Shown here piece by piece: positions 1 to 12,799 of a DNA stretch of 64,000 nt. The DNA is from Heteronotia binoei. Its lineage: Eukaryota. The stretch covers positions 102,052,001 through 102,116,000 of the forward strand of contig NC_083227.1 in the NCBI RefSeq assembly GCF_032191835.1, written 5' to 3'. Each line of letters starts with the position of its first letter. The stretch's first letter is position 1. The notes under the pieces are model-generated. The model was not told where the DNA came from and did no database searches. It saw only the letters and a program-made list of their open reading frames with translations. A program made the translations under genes and the position numbers.

Positions 1-387
1 GTAGGGATAATATTTGATCAAAGGCAGAGTTTGTGTGATTAAAATAATAATTAAGCATGTTTAAATGAGGGCTGAATCCAAGGCTGTGTGTAAGCAACCC
101 TTTATATCACAAAGTGATATGATTTTAAAAAAACTTTCCAAAGTGGTTTGCTATACAGTGTAGGGGGCTGGTGTTCAAAAAAAGCAAACTGAGAGCTTGC
201 TTGGGTACCAAACACTAGTTGTCTCCTTTGAATCCTAGACATTGTTTGCAGTATACATTTTCACTTTTTCTTTAAAATTTTATTTTACGGTAAAATACAC
301 TTAAATATGTTTCTGTTATTTAGCTAATGCTTGTTTACACTTAATAGTTTGACCAGTGACTGTTACTATATTACTCTCTCTTTCCAG

Positions 388-441
388 AATCTGGATTCTA
401 CTGAGAAACTGCTGGCACCATGTACGCCTGTAGTAATTCTT
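388..441 (+). CDS. NEK4: NEK4 probable small internal exon (NLDSTEKLLAPCTPVVIL)
   Basis: tttccag acceptor and gtaagc donor; 54 nt, phase 0-0, compatible with the next exon. Homology is not recognised with certainty. Confidence 0.55.
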
Positions 442-2833
442 GTAAGCGTTCAAGTTCCTATTTCTGCAAGGCATGTGATATTCAAGCTAGTGATTTCCTA
501 TAGGGACAATTTTTTTAAGGTGGATCTCTGAGACATTACCCCCTGGGGAAGCTGCTAGCCAGAGGCTTCAGCTGAATATAATGCCATAGTGTCCACCCTC
601 CAAAGCAGTTATTTTCTTCAGAGGGAGAGAGATCTGTTGTCTAGAGTTCAGTTGTGATCTCAGGAGATCTTCAGACTCTACCTGGAGGTTGGTTTTCCTA
701 GGCCTGGCAGCACCCTCTGGGTGACAATGCCACCTGACTGGTATGACTTAACTAGGCTGGCTGCTTGCTCCTGTTCAGCAGCAGCCCCCATAGGACAGCC
801 ATTGTGACTTAGCAGTTGTCAATTCCAGGTTGGAAAATTCCTGGAGATTTGAGGGGTGGAGCCTGGAGAGAGTAGGGTTTGAGGAGGGGTGGGACCTTAG
901 ACAGGTACAGTCCCATAGACTACACCCTCCAAATCAGCATTTCCCCCAGGGGAACCAATGTTGTCAATCTCCAGGTGAGGGCTGGAGATTACTCAGAATT
1001 ACAGCTAGTAGAGATGGCAGAGATCAGCTGCTCTTGAAGTGGTGGGCAGGGGAGTGAATGCCTTCACTTGGGTGGGTGGGAAGACAGCAAGTGTTGGGGG
1101 GGGCACTCACCCAGAGCCTCTTTCTAGAGCCCATTGTATTTTTCTTCAAAACGGGCCTTATCCCTAGTGTAGACATAAGCCAAAGAATTGGAAATAGCTT
1201 GGGGTCAACTCCAACTTTAAATATCCAACGAAACAGGTCTGTTTACAATAATTGAAAAGAGTAAATTTTATGGCAAAAAAAGAATTTTGTAATAACTGGA
1301 ACTGTACATCCAATGGCACATTTAAGACCAACAACGTTTAATACTGAGTATAAGCTTTTGTGCCTGCACACTTTGTGAAAGCCTATACCCAGAATGAAAC
1401 TTTGTTGGTCTTAAAGTTGCCACTGGACTCAACCTTCATTCTGTTGTTTCAGACCAACATGGTTACCCACCTGAACTGGGACTGTGTTCCATTTTAAAGA
1501 TACTCAAGGGCATCATCAATGAGAGCTTTGATATTTTACCACTTGTTCTGTTGTGATGTTATACTTACTGTGAGAAGCAACATTCAAAAATGCAAGACAG
1601 TTAATACCTTTAAGACCAAAATAAGGCAAAACAATGGGGAAGTATTCAAGTTCTCCAGAAGTTAGAAAACAAAATAACAGAAAAGTATTCAGGAGGGAAA
1701 AAATGCTTTAGGCCATGATGTTAAACATCCTATGTAGAATGTTGAGCAAGTATGCAAAGATAAAATGGATCCTGAGTCAATTTGTACCTTTATCCTTCTG
1801 GGAAGGATGCAGTGGAAGCATCCAGCTGGGAATAAAAGCATCATTCAAAGTATACTTCAGATTAACCCAACAGCATATACAGCATATCGCAAACTGCTTT
1901 TGAATCTAAAAGGGTATTGTAAATGGGTTTAATGTTAAATAGAACTGAGATAAATATAGTATAGTAACTCAAGAGATTGAGTTATGAAGCAGGAAGTTCA
2001 TGAACTTTCCAAGTAGCCTCTTGGTTAGGTACAGCCCCCTGTCTGAAATAATGGCCTAATTTTTAGAGTTGCTGTAAGGATTACAAGTGAATATTGTAGC
2101 AGCCTGGGTGATCCTGTTACTGTATTTTTAAAAAAGCCAATTTTGAGTGGGGGGTCTTAGGTGACCAGGACATCAGTTTCTTGAAATGGAGAAGTCACAT
2201 ACAGAGCCAGGATTTCACCCAGAGGACTAAGTAGCATGTTGGATATTACTCAGGGTGGGGAATATTAAGATTATGATGACGAAAGAACAACTGAAGTCCT
2301 GTTTGATTTTAAGGCAGTGAAGGCACCTCAAAATCTCTTTAATTGTACAGTCCCCAAAGTATGATAAGTTGGCTCCAAACTGCCATGAATTCTGCTGTAT
2401 TCACAGAATGGAATTATTCTACTGTCCTCTTCAGCTCACCATGCTCCTCAAAAACCCACCTCGGGCGGCCTCTAGGAGTAGTGGTGTGTGTGTGTGCAGT
2501 GAAAGGGAGGAATTGGCAAAAATGGTATCTATCCTATACCATTGGATAATGAGCATTATATTCAAGCCATTCCTTGTAGTAGATGGTGGTTTTTAAATAA
2601 GAAATGCAAACCCTGGGCACTGGACCTAGTTTGGATGGATTTTTCAATTCTGTTTGTCTGCATTTTACATTTTGAAAAGGTTTAAGGCAATGCAAAATTA
2701 TCTTATAGATAACTGACTACATAAATGAAAATAATAATAATAGAAAATAAGTACTTATGAATTCATGATGGCCTTTTCAACCATGTGTCCATACTTGAGA
2801 TTGGAAAGCATATATTGTATTTTGTGTTCTTAG

Positions 2834-2989
2834 GATGAAGCCATTTGTGGAAACGTAGCAGAAAATAAAGGCAAAATTCAGAATGAAAGCACCCATTGTT
2901 TGCAGCCCCAAGGATCTGTTCATGAGCCTTCCCTGTCACGACAGCGACGACATAAGAAAAAAGAACAATTAGAAGCCTTTTCAGAAAAG
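2834..2989 (+). CDS. NEK4: NEK4 coding exon
   Basis: tag/gt boundaries; encodes ...EPSLSRQRRHKKKEQ, matching the NEK4 PSLSRQRR motif. Confidence 0.9.
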
Positions 2990-3344
2990 GTACAAATGAT
3001 TAGAAAAACTTTATTCTTTTTTTTCTCCACCTGCACTTTACTAATCTGGAACAAGAATAAACCTTGAAGTAAGTTATAGGAACAAATGGGCTATAGGCTA
3101 TATTGATATATAAGCATTTTGCCCTTTTGATAATATTATTGTATTCTCTGTGGTGTATAGAATTAATGTATCTGTGCAAAAGATGGGATTGAATGCCTTA
3201 CATGAAAATGTGTATTATCTTTGAATTTGAGAGTATGATAGGAAATAAGGCCTATATGAATCCTCCTGTCTAGAACTGGATGATTAGTACTAACTTCTTT
3301 GCAGAAGAAAGGATCTTTTTATACACGTTAGTTTTTGCTTTTAG

Positions 3345-3485
3345 GCTACAGCTTGTGTTCCTCAACCACTGCCTTCTCTCCCTGATGTGAATATAAAGAC
3401 AAGAGAAGATCATATAGGCAAACATAGTGCTGTGTTTGCAAAGCCTGTAAGCAGATCAAGCGGCACTGAGATAGCATCTTCTAAG
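3345..3485 (+). CDS. NEK4: NEK4 coding exon
   Basis: ttttag/gt boundaries, 141 nt, open, phase 0-0; ends ...SSGTEIASSK, leading into DRPLS as in NEK4. Confidence 0.8.
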
Positions 3486-3629
3486 GTTTGTTATAGCTCT
3501 TTATGTATATTTTTGTCAGTTTCTTTGAACTTTGCTGCTTAACATAAGAAGACAACATTGGATTTATATTCCGCCCTCCACTCAGAGTGGCTCACAATCT
3601 CCTTTATCTTCCTTCCCCACAACAGAACC

Positions 3630-3875
3630 CTGCTGGATCAGACCAGTGGTCTATATAGTCCAGCTTCCTGTCTCACCCGGTGGCCAACTGGTTTCTCTGG
3701 AGGATCAACAACAGAGCATAGAAGATGAAGCCTTCACTTCATGTTGCCTCCTGGCACTGGTATTCAGAAGTTTACTGCCTCTGAATCTGGAGGTTCTTTT
3801 TAGTTACTAGGGCTGATAGACCTATCCTCCATGAATATGTCTAATCCCCTTTTAAAGCTGTCTATGCCTGTGACC
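3630..3875 (-). mobile_element. CR1 3' end interrupted by BovB (continues at 5802-5860)
   Basis: Reverse complement of the same 3' UTR seen at 49950-50190. Confidence 0.75.
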
Positions 3876-5801
3876 TGATGAAAGAAGGAAAGCGAAAGGC
3901 AAAGGTGAAAAGGAAAGATTCACCCAACTTTTGGGGGGGTTTTGGCCACTGTGTGACACAGAGTGTTGGACTGGATGGAATATTGGCCTGATCCAACATG
4001 ACTTCTCTTATGTTCTTAACTGAATGCAGATTTCCAGAGAACAGCAAGGGGAGATAAGGAGTCCTTCCTGAAGGAACAATGCAAAAAAAAAATAGAGGAA
4101 AATAATAGAATGGGAAGGACAAAAGATCTCTTCCAGAAAACTGGAGAAATCAAGGGAACATTTCGTGCAAAGATGGCCATGATAAAGGACAAAAGCAGTA
4201 GGGATCTAACAGAAGCAGAAGACATTAGGAAGAGGTGGCAAGAATACACAGAAGAATTATGCAAGAAGGATCTCAATGTCCTTGACTACCACGACGGTGA
4301 AATCACTGATCTTGAGCCAAACATCCTGGATTGCGAAGTCAAATGGGCCTTAGAAAGCATTACTAAGAACAAAGCAAGCAGAGATGATGGTATCCCAGTT
4401 GAGCTATTCAAAGTCCTAAAAGACAATGCTGTTAAATTGATGCACACATTATGTCAGCAAATTTGGAAAATGCAACATTGGCCACAGGATTGAAAAAAAT
4501 CAGTTTATATTCCAATCCCAAAGAAGGGTAATGCCAAGGAATGTTCAAACTATCACACCATTGCGCTCATTTCACATGACAGCAAGATCATGTTAAAGAT
4601 CCTACAAGCTAGGCTTCAGCAATATGTATATTGGGAACTACCAGAAGTTCAAGCTGGGCTTCAGAGAGGTAGAGGAACTAGAGATCAAATTGTTAACATT
4701 CACTGGATTATGGAGAAAGCACTGGAGTACCAGAAAAAATGTCTATTTCTGCTTCATTGACAACCTTTGATTGTGTGGATCACAACAAACTGTGGCAATG
4801 GGAGTACAAGCCCACCTCACATGTCTCCTGAGAAATTTGTATAAGGGTCAAGAAGCAACTGTCAGAACAGGATGTGGAACAACTGATTGGTTTAGAATAG
4901 GAAAAGGAGTTCGACAAGGATGTATATTGTCACCCTGCTTATTTAATTTATGTGCAGAGTACATCATGCAGAATGCCAGCCTGGAAGAAGCACAAGCCGG
5001 AATTAAGATTGCCAGGAAAAACATCAACAACCTGAGATATGCAGATGACACCACTCTAATGGCAGAAAGTGAGGAGGACCTGAAGAACCTCTTGTTGAGG
5101 GTAAAAGAGGAGAGCACAAAAGTAGGCTTGAAACTCAACATCAAAAAAACTAAGATCATGGCATCCGGCCTCATCACTCCTTGGCAAATAGAAGGAGAAG
5201 ACATGGAAGTCCTGACAGACTTCACATTTCTGGGATCCAAGATCACTGCCGATGGTGACTGTAACCATGAAATTAAAAGAGGTTTGCTCCTTGGGAGGAC
5301 AGCTATGGCAAACCTAGGCAGTATAATAAAAAGTAAAGACATCACCCTGCTGACAAAAGTCTGTATAGTCAAAGTGCTGGTATTCCCAGTAGCAAAGTAT
5401 GGCTGTGAGAGTTGGACCATAAGGAAAGCTGAGTGCAGAAGAATAGATTCTTTCAAATTGTGGTGCTGGAGAAGAATCTTGAGTCTCCCTTGGGTCACTG
5501 AGTCCTAAGGGAAATCAACGCTGACTGTTCCCTGGAAGGTCAGATGCTGAAGCTCAAATACTTTGGCCACCAAATGAGAAAGGAGCACTCACTGGAGAAG
5601 ATCCTGATGCTGGGAAAGACAGAAGGCAAAAGAAGGGGATGGCAAAAGATGAGATGGCTGGACAGCATTACTGATACATGACTAACACGAATTTGAGCAG
5701 ACTTCGGAGAATGGTGGAAGATGGGGGGGCCTGGCATGACTTGATCCATGGGGTCGCAAAGAGTCGGAATTGACTGTGCAACTGAACAACACAACAAGAA
5801 A
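3876..5801 (+). mobile_element. 5'-truncated RTE-BovB LINE, inactivated
   Basis: RT motifs QGCILSP and NNLRYADD, BovB tail (ctgaacaacacaacaa), 12-bp TSD atgcctgtgacc/atgcttgtgacc (3864-3875, 5802-5813); frameshifts and stops. Confidence 0.93.
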
Positions 5802-6277
5802 ATGCTTGTGACCATCACTACATCCTCTGGCAGTGAATTCCACCTTTTAATCCCTCTATTTGTGATATAGGATAAAAGAGAGCCTGTGACCTGCTATGTC
5901 ACCTAACTCTTTAATTTTGTATAAAGCTCTGAAACATTCTACAGTATGGGGGGCAATTCTTTCATTGTAGGGCTTTATTAACTTTTTAGAATTAAGCTGT
6001 CATAGAAAAGAGTAATAAGTTGTTAACAACCAGGACATGTTTGCTTTCTGTTATAATGACGTGTATCCTACCTTAGGGTTAAGGACTAAGGTGCAGCTTA
6101 AATGGCTAAGGTGCAGCTTAAATGGCTGTTCTATTGGAGGTAGTTGCAGGAAAGTTTCAAATTTTGCTGTGATAGGATGCATGCCAGTGTTTCTGTGAAA
6201 AGAGTGCATCCTGATCAGATATGACAGACCAAAGAGGTTTTTGTTTGTTACTGATATTACCTTTACTTGTTCTAAAG

Positions 6278-6344
6278 GATCGCCCCCTGTCAGCACGGGA
6301 GAGGAGGAGACTAAAGCAGTCTCAAGAAGACATGCTTCCTTCAG
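6278..6344 (+). CDS. NEK4: NEK4 coding exon
   Basis: DRPLSARERRRLKQSQE, a hallmark NEK4 sequence; aag/gtaatg boundaries. Confidence 0.95.
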
Positions 6345-6983
6345 GTAATGGTCATCTCCCTCTGTCTTTTTTTAAAAAAAATCTTAACAAGGGCTTTTTT
6401 TTTTAAGTAGGAACGCACAGAAATGCAGTTCCAGCTGGCTTGGTGTCAGGGGGTGTGACCTAATATGCAAATGAGTTTCTGCTGGGCTTTTTCTATCAAA
6501 AAAAGCCCTGTTAACAACCCTACATGCATACTTCCAATGAGCTATCCAATTGTCCCCAAAGAAAATATCCTGCATTGTTTCCAGAGGTAGTGTGGACACA
6601 CAATTTTCTAAATGCTTAGCCTTCAAACACAACTGCTGCTTGTAATTGACTTGCAGCATATTATTGTAGGAGCTGAAGCTAGCTGCTAAGAATTTTCCAA
6701 GTGTTCAGTATTGGTTAGGAAATTATGCTTTAATACCAAGTGTTTTGCATGGTGGAATTCAGGGAAATTTGGAATGGAAATCAGAGACCAAATTTACATC
6801 TGGTTGGACTGTATTTAATGATACCAACATGATACCTGGATAAAATTTCACGAATGGTTCCAGATGTGCCGGCATGCTTGTATTTTGTCAGGCTTTTACA
6901 AGTATATTGATTTAGCTTTCAGAATTAGTGCACATTATCAGAATAAAGGTAAATCAACAAATGCTGTCAATCTGTCCTTTCAG

Positions 6984-7093
6984 GGCCTGCTGCAAGACGA
7001 GCATCTCATGGTGAAGTAACAGAAATGAAATCGCTAGAGGAAGACATTGTTACTCAAATGCCTCAGTCTTCTTCAGAGCCTAGCATTTGCAAG
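6984..7093 (+). CDS. NEK4: NEK4 coding exon
   Basis: tttcag/gtaagc boundaries; phase 1-0 fits both neighbours. Confidence 0.8.
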
Positions 7094-8117
7094 GTAAGCA
7101 GAAAATATGTGTTCTTAGAAATAACTGAAAGCAAGCAATTCAAATGTTTGATGTTCCAAAGTATAAAAGGAGGGGTCTAGGCATCATTGTCCTCTTGCTG
7201 GTCACCTCCTGTTTAGACTACTGCTTTACTTGGGTTATCTCTGAATATGACCCAAAAACTGCAACTAGTTGGTTTAGGTGGGCCACCATTGTGTTAGGAT
7301 ATTTTTTATGTTTTATTTCTGTACCTCTTTTTGAGAATGCATTGGACAAAAAGTGAGAGAAATCTTAATAAGTAAAATAAGATGGGGATTTTAAAAATCA
7401 ACAATTTAAACTCTAGTAGTGAGTTGGCTGTACACTGGTGTTTAGCTTATCCAGCACACAAATTCCAGTGTTTCTGGGATTCTCAAATTTGGTACCAAGC
7501 AAATGCGGGAGGGGTAGTTGCTACTGAACTGTGCACCTCCATCACAGCCATGAGTATTAGTATTATTCCTCTCTTCTGCATGTTACACTGTTTTATTTTG
7601 TAAGTCATCTTAGGCAGATTGCCTAGAGAGGCAACACAAAAATGCATTAAATAATTAAAAATTCTATCGCAGCATAAATGTAATTTCCCCCCTAAACTTA
7701 AAAAAAACCCCAGTGACGTCAAGCTTACATTGTTTATCTGCTAACTGTAGGACTACATGCATTTGGATCCAATCATAATGATGTAGTTTCATTAAGTTTT
7801 TATTGTACTTGTGTCTGGTGCGTATGTGTCGCCTTCCTAAATATTTCAGTGCTTGTTGCTTTTACTGCATTTCTGAATATGTTGCTCTTTCATATTTCAA
7901 ATACTTTAATTCTGCAAACAGTATAGCTTTTCTGTGTTATTATTTTCTGATTAGCAACTGAAACTGCTCCATTCTCGTCAGTTGTTTTTACAAATGAGAT
8001 GGTAGAGAAATAAAAGAACGCTCATTTTGGAGAGTTACAGCAGATGATCTCAGTGGATGGTATCCTGTGTATTACTCTGCTCATCTTTTGTTAATCAGTT
8101 ATTTCTTTCTTTGTCAG

Positions 8118-8206
8118 AAAAAGAGCTTAAGTGGTGGCTTTTGTGAGGATGAGCTGAGCACTTCCTCCAGTTCCACTGAAAAATCAGATGGAGACTGCAA
8201 AGAAGG
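8118..8206 (+). CDS. NEK4: NEK4 coding exon
   Basis: CEDELSTSSSSTEKSDGD, matching NEK4 SEDELSSSTSSTDKSDGD; cag/gtgagt boundaries. Confidence 0.92.
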
Positions 8207-8429
8207 GTGAGTGATTTCTGTTCTATCTATAGTCATTCAGCATATTAGTGCATCTGCAATAACACATTCACATTTGGGCTGTGGTATCAACATGCCCTAG
8301 TTCATACTATGCTAAAATCCAGTTTCAGGGAATATTCTGGGAGTTTCATGTATACCTCTTTTGTTGGATAATTATTGTACATCCCCTTCTAAGGCAATGG
8401 TTCACTGTTTTATGCTCATGAACGGTCAA

Positions 8430-9175
8430 TAACTGGGTGAGTGGGAGACAATGTTGCAAATGAAATTCATTGTTGGTAAGTGTAAAGTGCTGCACAATGG
8501 GACAAAAAAACCCCAGCTTCAATTATAGGCTAAAGGGATCTGGGACTTCGTAGTTTAGAAAAGAGACAACTAAGAGGAGACATGAAAGAGGTTTATAAAA
8601 TTAAACATGGGGTAGAGAGAGTTGACAAAGAAATTTCTCTCCCTCTCCCAAAACACAAGAACTTGAGGGCATTCAGTGAAACTGATGAGCAGTAGATTCA
8701 GGACAGACAAAAGGAAATAGCCAGTTTGATGTAGTGGTTAAGTGTGCGGACTTTTATCTGGGAGAACTGGGTTTGATTCCCCACTCCTCCACTTGCACCT
8801 GCTGGAATGGCCTTGGATTAGCCATAGCTATCGCAGGACTTGTCCTTGAAAGGGCAGCTGCTGTAAGAGCCCTCTCAGCCCCACCCACCTCACAGGGTGT
8901 CTGTTGTGGGGGGAGAAGACATAGGAGATTGTAAGCTGTTCTGAGTCTCTGATTCAGGAGAAGGGCGGGGTATAAATCTGCAATTCTTCTTTATACAGAG
9001 AGGAAATACTTCTTTATACAGAGAATATGGAACTTGCTACCAGAGGATGTTGTGAATAAACAGCTTCAGAAGGGGATTAGATAGATTCATGGAGGCTAGG
9101 TCTATCAGTGACCACTAGCAATTGTGGCTGAGGGGAACCTCCACATTCAGAGGCACTAAACCTCTGAATCCCATA
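8430..9175 (+). mobile_element. CR1 LINE 3' fragment (split by a SINE)
   Basis: KCKVLH, LEKRQLRGDM and RTDKRK-like remnants; same 3' UTR family as 49830-50190. Confidence 0.75.
8720..8992 (+). mobile_element. tRNA-derived SINE (Squam3-like) inserted in a CR1 3' fragment
   Basis: A/B-box-like head; aggaaata repeated on both sides. Confidence 0.85.
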
Positions 9176-9549
9176 GTAATACAGTATTAAAAATTTAAAT
9201 AGATTGCAGAAGAAAACAGGAACTATTTCTATTATTATTTAGTGATTTTTTAAATTATTATTTAATGATTAAGCAAATGTACTCTGGGTGTACAGCTGGC
9301 ACCGCTGCAGGAAGCAGCCACTCTTTTCACTGCAAAATTGATGGTATCACACCCTTCCTCAATTTTTGCTGGGCTTTGGTCAAACCGCATCCTCTACCTT
9401 CCCGATATTTTGCATATGCCAGAGGTGCCTAGACACATTTGAAACATACAGCCCTGCTTATGAAAATGTAAACAATTCTGTTTCATTTACACTTCTGTAA
9501 ACCATGAACTAACAGGGTTTAATTATGCAGGCTTTTTTATTTTTTGCAG

Positions 9550-9749
9550 AAAAACAAATGACATGAATGATTTGGTACAGTTGATGACCCGAACACTGAA
9601 TATGGACAATAAAGAAAATTGTGAACAATCTGCAGTACCAGTTCCTGAATCACAGTTCAGGCTTAATAGAAAATACAGAGACACCCTTATCTTACATGGG
9701 AAAGTATCAGAAGAACCAGATGAATTCCAGTTTCAGGAGGTTTCTTCAG
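9550..9749 (+). CDS. NEK4: NEK4 coding exon
   Basis: LVQLMTRTL...RKYRDTLILHGKV; tttgcag/gt boundaries. Confidence 0.95.
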
Positions 9750-9944
9750 GTTTGTAACATGCTGGAAAATAGTAGCTTCAGAATAGCAGTCCTGCTGTAC
9801 CACTCAAGTGCACAAACTTTCATGATGGTGTTGGTTTTTTAAAAAGGAAGTTATGCTCCATCTCAACAGCGCAGGAGTACTCATTTCCCCTATTTTTAAA
9901 AATAGCCCCCAGCCTTATGCCTGCTATATTAAGATAACTGACTG

Positions 9945-10870
9945 TTATTTATGTTGATTGAAACATTTAAATCCTTCCTTTCCTTGTGATTCAAGGTGGC
10001 TTACAATAGTTAAAAATACTTTCATTTGAAAAACAGAAATAACAAACCCCCGTTCTCTCCCCCTCCAAAAAAGAAGATGCCTGCCAATTCAAGCTCCCTT
10101 AAAATCTCTGGCAAATGTGCAGGCCTTGGAGCACCTCCTGAAGACCTCCAAGGAAGCCCCCCTCCCTCTTCAGAGAGCTCAGTCCACAGAGCCAGGATGG
10201 AAAAGGCCCGGGCTTTGGCCAATACCATACAGGCCACTCTGAGTGGTAGGATAGCCAACAGATGTTTGCCCGACAAGCATATTTGGCGCAGAGGGACATT
10301 CAGGAGGAGACAGTCCTTCAGATATGTGGGTCTCAGGCTATGAAGGTCTTTACAGTCACAAGCAGCACCTTGAATTACTCAGAAACAGACTGACAGCCAA
10401 TGTAGCTGTTTCAAAATGGGCAATATGTGATCCTAGCGGCTAGCCCCGGACAATAGTTAGGCTGCTGCATTGTGGACCAGTTGGTTTCCAGGCTGTCTTT
10501 GAGGGCAACCTCATGCAGAGTGTGAGGCAGTAATCCAGCGGTGAGGTTACAGAAGCATGGATTGATGTGGCTAGATCTGCTAAGTCCAGGTTATAAGTTG
10601 GCAAATCAGATGCAGCAGCTGATAGAAGGTATTCCTGACCACCATGACCTGCTTTTCAAACCTCCAAGCTGTTAACTTGCTCTAAAAAAGCCAATGTCAC
10701 TCCATTTAGGACAAGTATATCCAGCCCCTCTAAAACAGCCCTCCCACCCAGTATAGACAAAACCTGTGATTGGTAATCTGGGACAGCTGGTGATGTGAAC
10801 TGGAAAAGAGCTGAATCAGAAAGGAAGACTGTCATGCCACAATTACAGTTTAACTTATGCTTATCTGCCA
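9945..10870 (-). mobile_element. Decayed L2/CR1-clade LINE 3' fragment
   Basis: Minus strand HASVTSPLDYC resembles the HALVTSRLDYC motif; A-rich tail at 9945. Confidence 0.6.
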
Positions 10871-10915
10871 GAGCTCAAAATAGCTGAAAGCACCGATTGT
10901 GCTTACTGTTTTTAG

Positions 10916-11049
10916 ATATTCTGTCTGGTCCTGGGAAGATTAGGAGACTAGTTGAAATCTTAAGGGCAGACGTAGTGCAAGGACTTGGAATGAAACTTCT
11001 GGAAAAGGTGTATGATGTTATGGAGGAGGACGATGAACAGAAGAGAGAG
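10916..11049 (+). CDS. NEK4: NEK4 coding exon
   Basis: KIRRLVEILRADVVQGLGMKLLEKVYDVMEE; tttag/gtgagt boundaries. Confidence 0.95.
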
Positions 11050-11777
11050 GTGAGTTGTTGCCAGACTTGAACTTGAAAGCTTTCACTTCTTTTCCACACT
11101 TATCAGAAAGAAAAGCAACTTTATGTGTAGTATCATGGTTGGTTAGCGTTCACAGCAGCTAGTTATGTAAATTAATTTTACTATTTTCCAAATATTTTTA
11201 CTTACTATGAAAACTAATACAGGCAAGGGATTTTTTTGAACATGCTGCTCTAGTTAAGAAAAAGTTGGTGGTTGCACGCAATCCCCACTGAAATCAGTAG
11301 GATGTTAGCTGAAAATAAACTTGCTCCCATTAGTGTAGCTAGCTTTCTTGAATGAGGAAGTGGTGGCATTGATGAATTGGATGAGGGATTGATGCATAGA
11401 TTAATTCTGCACTGGGTTTCATGAACTCCAAATCATGCTCCAAATCAGATGAACTGGCTGCAGTCCAACAAATGTTTAAGCCCCTCAAAATAAATGTGTT
11501 TAAATGCTGGATGTGTTAACTCTGCTGGATTGTTGCCAGTGATTTCAGTGTCATGCATTCACTGACTACTGTCCCTTTTAAATTAATGCAACTTTTCATT
11601 AAGTTAACTGTGGCTTGCTGAACCCACCTGAATTCAATATCTAAGCCTGCCTAAGTTCTTTGAAATCAGTGAGAATAGGCATGCCTTATCCTTCTAAAGT
11701 GTATCCAAGATATTTCACTAGTATCATTCATGTCTGGAAATAAAAGTAGCTGATTTTTAAAAACAATTTCTCAACAG

Positions 11778-11870
11778 CTGCATTTGCGGGAGCTGATGGG
11801 AGAAAAGTACACCTCTTACAGCATGAAGGCTCGTCACTTAAAGTTCTTAGAAGACAATGTAAAACTCTGA
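11778..11870 (+). CDS. NEK4: NEK4 last coding exon
   Basis: LHLRELMGEKYTSYSMKARHLKFLEDNVKL*, matching the NEK4 C-terminus. Confidence 0.95.
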   Translation: MHLRELMGEKYTSYSMKARHLKFLEDNVKL

Positions 11871-12774
11871 CGGATACTGCCAGTTACCACCTCTGCTTGA
11901 AGGAGACAACAAAACTTTATTCAGCAGTTCTTTGAGGTTCAGATTTTCATTTTTCTGTATCAAATAAGCTGTCTGATTCTCTTTATCAGTTGTAGAACTA
12001 AGTTCTGATTGATTTAGCTTATTATAAATAACAAGTATGTTTAAAGCCTAGTGCAAGAAATGTTTGGCACACATAAAAGCTCAGTTTTCTGTCACTAGAC
12101 ATGGCACTTCCATGTAAGAGTACAGGATTGTAACCAGAGCACAGGACTGCCTCCAGAATACTCCATCTTTCATGTAAAGGAAAACGAGGGAAGGGTAAGA
12201 AATAATTCAGCATTTCAATCCTATTCTGTTGTGTACTAGATGACAAATGAACAATCTGTAGGTAGGGAAAAACTAATTTTTATAGCTGACCATTTTAAAA
12301 CTCTTTGTAGCAACCACATAAACATTTGTATTTGCAAAACTTTATGTGCAATCAAAAGTATATTAACTGTAATTGATGTCTTTTCCCACGATACCTGACA
12401 ATTCTAATGCCCAGTTACCATGAATTAGAATATTTCTTTGAGCCAAAAAGACCAGGAAAGAATACAAAACAGTAATGTATGTACATTGTTTGCTACTTCA
12501 TCTCTGGTTTTATAGTTTATTTCACCAAGCTAGGATGATGTAGCAATATGCAAGGTCTTTAAATTTTATAGAACACAAAGACTAAATCATTGTAGTATAA
12601 AGCCAATGGAATGATTTCTGAAAATTTGCTTTCAATTCAGGGTCTTTACAGTCAGAAATTTGGATATTTGAAATAAATTGGTTTTAAAGAATGTAAATTA
12701 TATCACCTAATCTGTGGGACCATCTTCCCTACCTTGGACTGCATTATCTCTTGTATGAATGTTTTTTTTAAAGT

Positions 12775-12799
12775 AATAAAGTAACTCCTTGTAAATAAA
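12775..12799 (+). terminator. Candidate NEK4 poly(A) signals
   Basis: Two AATAAA (12775-12780 and 12794-12799) followed by T-rich sequence; another AATAAA at 12672-12677. Confidence 0.45.

Noticed and set aside
4848-5498. 216-aa minus-strand ORF (likewise 19626-20108 on the plus strand)
   Set aside because: Antisense shadows of the BovB reverse transcriptase frames.
6086-6125. Exact 20-bp tandem duplication (similar small duplications at about 24296-24330 and 31256-31276)
   Set aside because: Ordinary local slippage or repair duplications with no sign of function.
8720-8800. tRNA-like sequences (also at 20731, 32654, 40479)
   Set aside because: They are SINE heads that continue into SINE bodies and tails; no complete cloverleaf.
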